Shown: in pieces, positions 27,580-33,442 of the stretch | Position numbering within the stretch: position 1 is the stretch's first letter | How the letters are laid out: every line of letters starts with the position of its first letter | Virus record (IMG/VR): IMGVR_UViG_3300035135_000065 | Location: 1 to 33,442 of that record | DNA length: 33,442 nt | Source of the DNA: a virus | Taxonomy: Duplodnaviria; Caudoviricetes | Reading direction: 5' to 3' (one strand) | The notes under the pieces: generated by a model | What the model was told of the DNA's origin: nothing | The model's database searches: none | What the model saw: the letters and a program-made list of their open reading frames with translations, nothing else | Program-made: the position numbers and the translations under genes

Positions 27580-27625
27580 TAGATATATCTACATCTAACA
27601 CTAATGTGCATTAGGCTCTTGTCAA
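27580..27625 (-). promoter_or_regulatory. putative promoter of head-tail operon with palindromic sites
   Basis: TTGACA (27625-27620), 16 nt, TAGTGT; CTAATG-TG-CATTAG (27601-27614); TAGATATATCTA (27580-27591). Confidence 0.5.
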
Positions 27626-27644
27626 TATTAAAAAGGGAAAAAAT

Positions 27645-27670
27645 AAAAAAGGCTCAATTAAGAGCCTTTT
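27645..27670 (-). terminator. rho-independent (bidirectional) terminator after the inserted gene
   Basis: AAAAAAGGCTC-AATTAA-GAGCCTTTT. Confidence 0.8.
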
Positions 27671-27685
27671 GTGATTTTAGTGGGA

Positions 27686-28153
27686 TTATGCTGCTTTTTT
27701 TACATTACAAAGAACTCTGTTATGTAAACACTGGATGTTATATCCACCTGCGAATATAACTTTGATAGTAACTTTATGTCCATCAATAATCCATGAACCT
27801 ACAAAGTCATTACCATATTCAACTTCAAAGTTAATTGCATCAATATTAGTTATACCAGCTTTTTCTAATTTACCTGCAATTTTTGCATTTCTATTTTCAT
27901 GCTTTCTCTTTGTTTCCTTGATATCTAATTTAATATGGTCTTTTAAATTATAATAATATGCTTTCTTTTGAAAAACAGCACCATAAGGACAAGTTAAATA
28001 TTTCCACTCAGACCTGTCATGAGTTTCATAATATTTTTTCTTAATATCACTCCATGTATTTACCATTTCCTCAACTTGTGATGGTATTTGTTCTAAATAA
28101 TAAGCATCACATTTTTCAAATGCTTTTTCTAATTGTGTTATTAAATGTTTCAT
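27686..28153 (-). CDS. moron-like inserted gene of unknown function
   Basis: AAGGAG RBS at ATG 28153; own promoter and terminator; C-terminal IFAGGYNIQCLHNRVL. Confidence 0.8.
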   Translation of the reverse strand: MKHLITQLEKAFEKCDAYYLEQIPSQVEEMVNTWSDIKKKYYETHDRSEWKYLTCPYGAVFQKKAYYYNLKDHIKLDIKETKRKHENRNAKIAGKLEKAGITNIDAINFEVEYGNDFVGSWIIDGHKVTIKVIFAGGYNIQCLHNRVLCNVKKAA

Positions 28154-28184
28154 GTTTGACTCCTTTTTGTTTAACATACTACCT

Positions 28185-28212
28185 ATTATATATATTTATA
28201 TATTTATATCAA
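28185..28212 (-). promoter_or_regulatory. sigma70 promoter of the inserted gene
   Basis: TTGATA (28212-28207), 16 nt, TATAAT (28190-28185). Confidence 0.72.
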
Positions 28213-28245
28213 CAATTATTTGCTAAATAAGTAAAAAAAGTGCAA

Positions 28246-30066
28246 TTATTTCCAAGAAGTAGCGAAATTTCCTCTATTTATACCTCTTTGAGGTCTATTT
28301 TTAGGTTTTTCTTTAGGTTTTGACTCTCTTGTAAGTATCTTGTTTTCAATAGAATCATAGTTAGGATTTAAGATATAAATAGCAGCAAAGTTATAGACTA
28401 ATGTATCTAATGCTTCGTTTCTTGGTCTAACTTGTTTCCAAACTAGAGATTTCCTACCTCTAACAAACTTTGTGATTCTTTTTTCTGCTGTAAGTTGCTT
28501 AAAGTATTCTTCATCTAAGTCTGAGCAGAAATGTAAAGTAGTATTTTCAGGTTCAGCAGATAATCTAGCAAAGATAGCTTCTTTAGCACTATCAGAACCA
28601 ACACCATAAAGAACAGCTTTATTCTTTCCAACAAATGTAGGTCTATTAGCTATTGGTTTACCAGCTTGAGATAAACCTTTGATTGCAAATATTCTTCTAG
28701 CTTGTCGTGGTTTAGTAAATTGATAAACCATATTGGTATGATGACCACCTGAGTCAATTGTGCAACATGATATAGGTATCAATCTTTCTGATTCAGTTTT
28801 AAATCTTTTCTTTAGGTAAGCATCTAAATCTGACCAAACATTTTGAGCATTTGGGTCACCCCAAAATATCTTGTAATCACAGACCCATGCTTCATAGTTT
28901 TTACCCCAACCAACAAGTTGTAATTCTAATCTGTCTTTTTGTGTATCAACACCAGCAGTTAAAACTAATACATCTTCAGGTATAGTTGTATAATCATAAT
29001 TTAATCTACGTTCTAGCAGTGTTTCATATTCAACACCTTCAGACTGCTCCTCCCAACTTTGACCTAAACTGGTATTTATCCAAGTCTTTAACATCTCAGG
29101 ATTCTTTTTAGCTTCTAAAAATGCTTTTGCCATATCAGCCCAAGTAGACCAAACTGAATATAGTTCTGATATATGAAATCCCGCTGTATTTGATTTAGGT
29201 GCTGATGCAATCCATTCACCATGTTTTAACATCCATTGTTTTTTAGATTCATCTATAACTGAACCACAATGTTCGCAAGCATAAGAAGCTGTTTCAGGTT
29301 TATTTTCATCCCAAACTACATTCTTCCATTTTAAAACTTGGCTCTCATTACATTCAGGACAAGGAACATGGTAATAGCGTTTATCTGATTCTTCAAAAGC
29401 AGTTTCTATTCTTGATAGTCCTTTGATTGTAGGAGTAGAACACATATAAATCTTTTTATTCCAAAAAGTAGTTGTTCTTTTGGTTGCAAGAGATATTGGG
29501 TCACCTTCTGCTCCTGCTGATTGCTCATATCTGTCAACCTCGTCAGCTAAGACAATTCTTATTGGTCGTGAGGCGAGCCCTGATGCAGAATTAGAACCAA
29601 CAATGTTTAAATTACCACCTGCAAATTTCTTAGATAAAACTGTATTTCCTGAATCACGACTTCTTGGGTCTTTAACACAATCTCTTATCTTTTCAGAATC
29701 TCTAATCATAGTAGCAAGCCTATCTTTACTAAATGCTTGAGCCATTTGTAAAGTTGGTTGCATGATTAACATTGGAGCAGGGTCTTGGTCTATGTAGTAA
29801 CCAATGACATTTAAAAGAATCTCAGTAGCTCCAACCTGGGCAGACTTCATAAATACTATTCTTTGAATATCAGGGTCATTGAAAGAATCCATTATTTCTC
29901 TTTGATAAGGTGCTCTATCAGTTCGCCATGCTCCTGCTTCTGCTGAAGATTCAGGAGATAATCGTCTGTAGTTATCTGACCAGTCGCTAATCTTCAGATT
30001 GGGTGGTGGAGTCCATGTCTGATTCGTCTCCTGTATCACCTTTTCTATATTTTTGAGGTATTCCAT
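28246..30066 (-). CDS. terL: terminase large subunit, lambda GpA family
   Basis: PYQREIMD, KSAQVGATE, ADEVDRY, STPT, VPCPEC, GVDTQKDRLE, IDSGGH, RNEALD. Confidence 0.96.
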   Translation of the reverse strand: MEYLKNIEKVIQETNQTWTPPPNLKISDWSDNYRRLSPESSAEAGAWRTDRAPYQREIMDSFNDPDIQRIVFMKSAQVGATEILLNVIGYYIDQDPAPMLIMQPTLQMAQAFSKDRLATMIRDSEKIRDCVKDPRSRDSGNTVLSKKFAGGNLNIVGSNSASGLASRPIRIVLADEVDRYEQSAGAEGDPISLATKRTTTFWNKKIYMCSTPTIKGLSRIETAFEESDKRYYHVPCPECNESQVLKWKNVVWDENKPETASYACEHCGSVIDESKKQWMLKHGEWIASAPKSNTAGFHISELYSVWSTWADMAKAFLEAKKNPEMLKTWINTSLGQSWEEQSEGVEYETLLERRLNYDYTTIPEDVLVLTAGVDTQKDRLELQLVGWGKNYEAWVCDYKIFWGDPNAQNVWSDLDAYLKKRFKTESERLIPISCCTIDSGGHHTNMVYQFTKPRQARRIFAIKGLSQAGKPIANRPTFVGKNKAVLYGVGSDSAKEAIFARLSAEPENTTLHFCSDLDEEYFKQLTAEKRITKFVRGRKSLVWKQVRPRNEALDTLVYNFAAIYILNPNYDSIENKILTRESKPKEKPKNRPQRGINRGNFATSWK

Positions 30067-30511
30067 TTTGAGCTAACTCGTTTAGTGCTTCATGCACTTG
30101 TTCTTTTATAATTAATTCTGCTTCAGCATACTTATCTACAGTAATAACCTGATGTGCAACTCTTGAAGGTAGTCCTAATAGCTTTGCTCTTGCATTAGCT
30201 ACATAATCAACCCAAGTATCTTCAACTAATTGTGCTGGTATTAGGTTGCCTTCTAATTCTTCTACTTCTAACTCTGCTTTTCTAGCTTGAGCTGCAGTTA
30301 GTTTGGTTTTTTCTTCTGCAATATCACCAGTACCACTTCTTTTATGATAACCACCCAGTTTTCTAAGGTAAGAAATGTATGCAACTCTGCAAACATCCAT
30401 ATTTAGAGGACTTCTACCCTGTTTTGAGGGAAAGATACCATCTCTAATGAGTTCTGAGACTCTTTTGACTGATAAATCCAAATGGTCTGCAACTTCTCTT
30501 TGTGTAGCCAT
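29987..30511 (-). CDS. terS: terminase small subunit, Nu1-like
   Basis: N-terminal HTH (TQREVADHLDLSVKRVSEL), coiled coil, LLGLPSRVA; overlaps terL. Confidence 0.9.
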   Translation of the reverse strand: MATQREVADHLDLSVKRVSELIRDGIFPSKQGRSPLNMDVCRVAYISYLRKLGGYHKRSGTGDIAEEKTKLTAAQARKAELEVEELEGNLIPAQLVEDTWVDYVANARAKLLGLPSRVAHQVITVDKYAEAELIIKEQVHEALNELAQNGIPQKYRKGDTGDESDMDSTTQSED

Positions 30512-30544
30512 ACAGTGCGTTTATTACCCTATTAGATTTGGACT

Positions 30545-30602
30545 GTCGCTAGAAAAAAACTGTGGTCGCGAATAACCCACGTCGAATGCTGTAGAAGAAC
30601 CT
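30545..30602 (-). other. putative cos packaging site
   Basis: AGGTTCT...GGGTTATTCGCGACC...T7 just upstream of terS, echoing lambda cosQ (GGGTCCT) and cosN (..GCGACC..); CG-rich island in a CG-poor genome. Confidence 0.6.
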
Positions 30603-30603
30603 A

Positions 30604-31221
30604 TCATTTGGCATTCCTTAGTGCTTTAGTAAATTCTTCAGCAAAGTTCTTATCAAACCTAGCCTTGCTATATTTCTCAGCTATCTTGTAAAAAGGAAAC
30701 ATAGCGTTATAAGTTACACTGTTTTTAAATGCCACCATTAGCTTAACTGACCTATCTTTTTGTCTTTCCCAAACACCATCAATACTTTTTATATTGCCAA
30801 TGAATTGTGATTGTTTTTTAATCAGACCACTCTTTCTTCCAGCGATATTACCAAATTTATTTAACTTAGCATTAGGAACATAAGGCACACCAACCTTAGA
30901 TGATTCGCCTGACCTAACACCACCATGTACTAGATACTGCATAAACTTGTTTGCCCATTCAGTAAAACCTAATGTACCAGTAAGACTGGTTTTTCTTGCA
31001 GCTATCCTATAAAAAGCCTTAGTAGTTCTAGCCATAGGTCTATCTAGTTTTTGTATCATTTGTTTCTGCATCTCTCTATCCAATCCTCTCATACGATTAC
31101 CTTTACCAATACCCAATGTCTTATTGATAGCCATAGCAGTTGCAAATGGAACTTGTTTCTTTTGTACGTTAGTTGTCCACTTGGTCACATCTTTAATATT
31201 ATCTTTCACAGAAACTTTCAT
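30604..31221 (-). CDS. tail completion protein (lambda gpZ-like)
   Basis: Basic; KQVPFATAMAINKT, LDRP, FPFYKI; located upstream of cos. Confidence 0.65.
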   Translation of the reverse strand: MKVSVKDNIKDVTKWTTNVQKKQVPFATAMAINKTLGIGKGNRMRGLDREMQKQMIQKLDRPMARTTKAFYRIAARKTSLTGTLGFTEWANKFMQYLVHGGVRSGESSKVGVPYVPNAKLNKFGNIAGRKSGLIKKQSQFIGNIKSIDGVWERQKDRSVKLMVAFKNSVTYNAMFPFYKIAEKYSKARFDKNFAEEFTKALRNAK

Positions 31222-31376
31222 CCCTTTCTCCAGTGTGATTGTGTTTGAAATTTGAGCCCTAGTTCTTTAGCTTTCCTTCTGATAGTAGATGGATGCACAT
31301 CATAAGTCATAGCAATATCATGTGATGATTTGCCTTCCTTAATCTTCTGTTCTAATTTTTGTTTATCTATCTTCAT
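31218..31376 (-). CDS. 52-aa helix-turn-helix protein
   Basis: Own translation MKIDKQKLEQKIKEGKSSHDIAMTYDVHPSTIRRKAKELGL...; overlaps both neighbours. Confidence 0.75.
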   Translation of the reverse strand: MKIDKQKLEQKIKEGKSSHDIAMTYDVHPSTIRRKAKELGLKFQTQSHWRKG

Positions 31377-31591
31377 AAGTTCTCGTAATGTTCTATTAAC
31401 TTATTAATATACCAAACAGACTTCTGTAAGTCTTGTATATTGGCATCTTTGTATTTATGGCGGTGCAAGTATTTAATTGCATTACCCTCAAGATAAGCAG
31501 GAAATTCTCTGCCTAATTGTTGTTTGATGTAGTCAATACATTCTAATCCACCCTTATTGTAATGTGGTGGATGGTTTACTTGGTCACTCAT
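31373..31591 (-). CDS. DUF3310 (SaV-like) protein
   Basis: DQVNHPPHY..GGLECIDYI...GNAIKYL.R...QDLQKS.WY. Confidence 0.9.
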   Translation of the reverse strand: MSDQVNHPPHYNKGGLECIDYIKQQLGREFPAYLEGNAIKYLHRHKYKDANIQDLQKSVWYINKLIEHYENL

Positions 31592-31601
31592 TTACTTCTC
31601 C

Positions 31602-32090
31602 TTATACATATCCATGTTCTTTAGTTATTAAATTATTACTTCTTGCAATATTCATTGGTATGGTTTTAAACCAAGTACCAGCGTTTTTATTTTGTATCTC
31701 TGTTAAAAGTGGTTGATTCTTTAGGAGACTATGTGTAGCCACTGCATCGAGTATTGCATATTTTAACACCACCCTACCCAATGGATTTACTACACAATAA
31801 ATTATTCTATCTGTATTTTTTAATTTATCTATTTCTGTAGAACTTCCATACTTGCTTCTTGACCTAATTGTTATGTCATTGTAATTAAGATATTTAATAT
31901 CTCTTATTCTTAAACCACATTTAAATTTTTGTAATCCATAAGTAATAATCAAATCAGTTGCATTTTCAACATCATCATCAAAACTTGCTAATTGTATTTG
32001 ACAATTTAATTCTTTCTCAAAATAAGGAAGAACATAAGTTTGTTGTTGTTCTTCCCAGCTTTTATTCTGTTTAAAATTATCCATCATCAA
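31602..32090 (-). CDS. putative restriction-endonuclease-fold protein
   Basis: D....TDLII...GLRIR...DITIRS.....TE...DRIIY resembles a degenerate PD-(D/E)XK core; overlaps the MTase gene. Confidence 0.5.
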   Translation of the reverse strand: MMMDNFKQNKSWEEQQQTYVLPYFEKELNCQIQLASFDDDVENATDLIITYGLQKFKCGLRIRDIKYLNYNDITIRSRSKYGSSTEIDKLKNTDRIIYCVVNPLGRVVLKYAILDAVATHSLLKNQPLLTEIQNKNAGTWFKTIPMNIARSNNLITKEHGYV

Positions 32091-33222
32091 ACATACCAGC
32101 TTCTAATCCCCAAACATCATAACCATCCCTATCTTCTCTAGAAAATATATCTATTCTTGGTTCAGGACAAACTCTTTTAACAACGTCATAGAACTCATCA
32201 GGCTTTCTACTATGTTCCCTTCTTGGTGCATTAAAACAAGTAAAGAATTGTTTGGTTTCTATAAATGGTTGACCACCCTTTCTAGCTAATAAAACAAATT
32301 CACAATTAAATTGTGGTAATCCTACTGGTTGAAATCCACCATTCTTATGCCATACAAAAGTTGCAAGATATGTAAAATCCCAAGCATCAAGCAAATCAAA
32401 GCTAGGTCTTAAATATTTTTGTGTAGTCCATAACCATAAATGACATTCTTCATGTGCAGGTAATTTGAAATCTTTTATTTCATCTAATGACATTGTTGGA
32501 TAATCAAAAGATTCTTTATCAAAAGTTCTATTTTCCATTTGTATTCTTTCCATATCCCAAGGTGGGTCAATTACAATTGTTCTGTATTTCCCTTCAGGTG
32601 GTTTAATAGCCAATGCCTCCATTCGCATTTTCGCCTTTTGCTCTCTTGATTCAGCACTTCTTTCTTTTCTAATCTTAGTAGCCATTTTCAATATTTCATC
32701 TTCACCTTTAGCAACAACAACCTCTTGTTCTGCTTTATCTAAAGTTGCAATATCAGAAGCAGCACTAACAGATACCTTTCCAGCTTCGACAGATTTTTGT
32801 AAATCTTCTATGCCTTCTTTTTGTACTTTTTTTGCTTTCTTAACACTATCAATACCAACATTTAATTTTTCAGATGCATCCTTATTGCTAAAGTGGCTGA
32901 ATTCATCCACTTTTCTTCTGCCTTTCATATTAGCTAATCTAGCACCAATCATAGCCCTTTGACTTTCATTTAAGTGCCTGCGATTTAGGTTTAAAGAAAT
33001 AACATAAGATAAAGCATCTTCACCTTCATATTCTACAAAGTTAGGTTCTACACCTGCATCATTACAAGCATTGTATCTATTCCTGCCATCAAGAATCTTG
33101 CCTTCATGCAATACAATAGATTCCACTAATCCATTTTCTTTTATATCAGCAACTAAATCGCTATATTGACTTTCATCCATTAATGGAAATAAGTTTGCTA
33201 ATTCGTGATATTCATAATTCAT
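32077..33222 (-). CDS. ParB/Srx-domain + HTH + MT-A70 adenine methyltransferase fusion
   Basis: DIKENGL...ILDGRNRYNAC...NLNRRHL (ParB); IVIDPPW, YPTMSL, LWLW, HSRKP, RIDIFSR (MT-A70). Confidence 0.92.
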   Translation of the reverse strand: MNYEYHELANLFPLMDESQYSDLVADIKENGLVESIVLHEGKILDGRNRYNACNDAGVEPNFVEYEGEDALSYVISLNLNRRHLNESQRAMIGARLANMKGRRKVDEFSHFSNKDASEKLNVGIDSVKKAKKVQKEGIEDLQKSVEAGKVSVSAASDIATLDKAEQEVVVAKGEDEILKMATKIRKERSAESREQKAKMRMEALAIKPPEGKYRTIVIDPPWDMERIQMENRTFDKESFDYPTMSLDEIKDFKLPAHEECHLWLWTTQKYLRPSFDLLDAWDFTYLATFVWHKNGGFQPVGLPQFNCEFVLLARKGGQPFIETKQFFTCFNAPRREHSRKPDEFYDVVKRVCPEPRIDIFSREDRDGYDVWGLEAGMFDDG

Positions 33223-33401
33223 TTTTCTCTCCTTATTAATTCATTTCTGCATTTCTGCACAATTTTAGGTTTAGCATATGAAGATTCTATATATTCTTGA
33301 ATCTCCTTGGTTGACATACATTTAAGATAGAAATGTTCAGTTTCCATCTTCCCTGTTTGTTTGTTTTTAATCTTTACACTTGGTTTTAGTTTTATTGGCA
33401 T
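33219..33401 (-). CDS. 60-aa hypothetical protein (MPIKLKPSVKI...)
   Basis: AAGGAG RBS before ATG 33401; ATGA overlap with the MTase gene. Confidence 0.7.
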   Translation of the reverse strand: MPIKLKPSVKIKNKQTGKMETEHFYLKCMSTKEIQEYIESSYAKPKIVQKCRNELIRREK

Positions 33402-33441
33402 CCTTCTTCTCCTTCTTAAATATCTTTTCCCAATTAGCATC
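33367..33441 (-). CDS. 3' fragment of small basic protein (...DANWEKIFKKEKKDANKTKTKCKD*)
   Basis: Open from the window end; probable continuation of 1..46. Confidence 0.55.
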   Translation of the reverse strand, partial: DANWEKIFKKEKKDANKTKTKCKD

Positions 33442-33442
33442 A

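Noticed and set aside
5543-31248. All plus-strand ORFs in the track (e.g. 5543, 12399, 13923, 21146, 22893, 23285, 23900, 24425, 24761, 26990, 27735, 29480, 30375, 31051)
   Set aside because: Antisense shadows of well-supported minus-strand genes, with no recognisable motifs.
32700-33222. ParB as a plasmid-prophage partition system
   Set aside because: No ParA and no evident parS; the domain is fused to a methyltransferase.
33402-33440. Extension MLIGKRYLRRRRR of the last ORF
   Set aside because: It is the purine-rich RBS region and another frame of the upstream gene's tail; the true start is likely 33401.
1-33442. Integrated prophage or alternative genetic code
   Set aside because: No host genes, integrase or att site recognised; genes are intact under the standard code and all three stop codons are used.

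Overview
Almost the whole genome (about 33.4 kb, circularly permuted, AT-rich) of a lambda-like tailed phage (siphovirus morphotype), similar in style to small marine phages. Every credible protein gene is on the minus strand. In transcription order the genes are: ParB/MT-A70 methyltransferase plus a nuclease-like gene, DUF3310, HTH, gpZ-like tail completion, cos-like site, TerS, TerL, an independently transcribed inserted gene, gpW-like, lambda-type portal, a four-part capsid polyprotein (two extra domains, prohead protease, major capsid), two paralogous head-closure genes, tail terminator, tube, G/GT chaperone with a -1 frameshift, tape measure, tail tip, fibre, lysis genes, early genes, RecE-like exonuclease, RHH regulator, second MT-A70, resolvase, SSB, primase-helicase and an iteron-like repeat. 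I recognised no integrase, CI-type repressor, DNA polymerase, tRNA or CRISPR array. The most interesting unannotated element is at about 4790-4940. It has divergent promoters around a palindromic operator. One drives a ribbon-helix-helix gene. The other drives the only plausible plus-strand transcript, a roughly 62-nt hairpin sRNA whose loop carries ACUCUCC, complementary to the GGAGAGU ribosome-binding sites of at least five phage genes. All family calls are from motif recognition by eye, not database searches.
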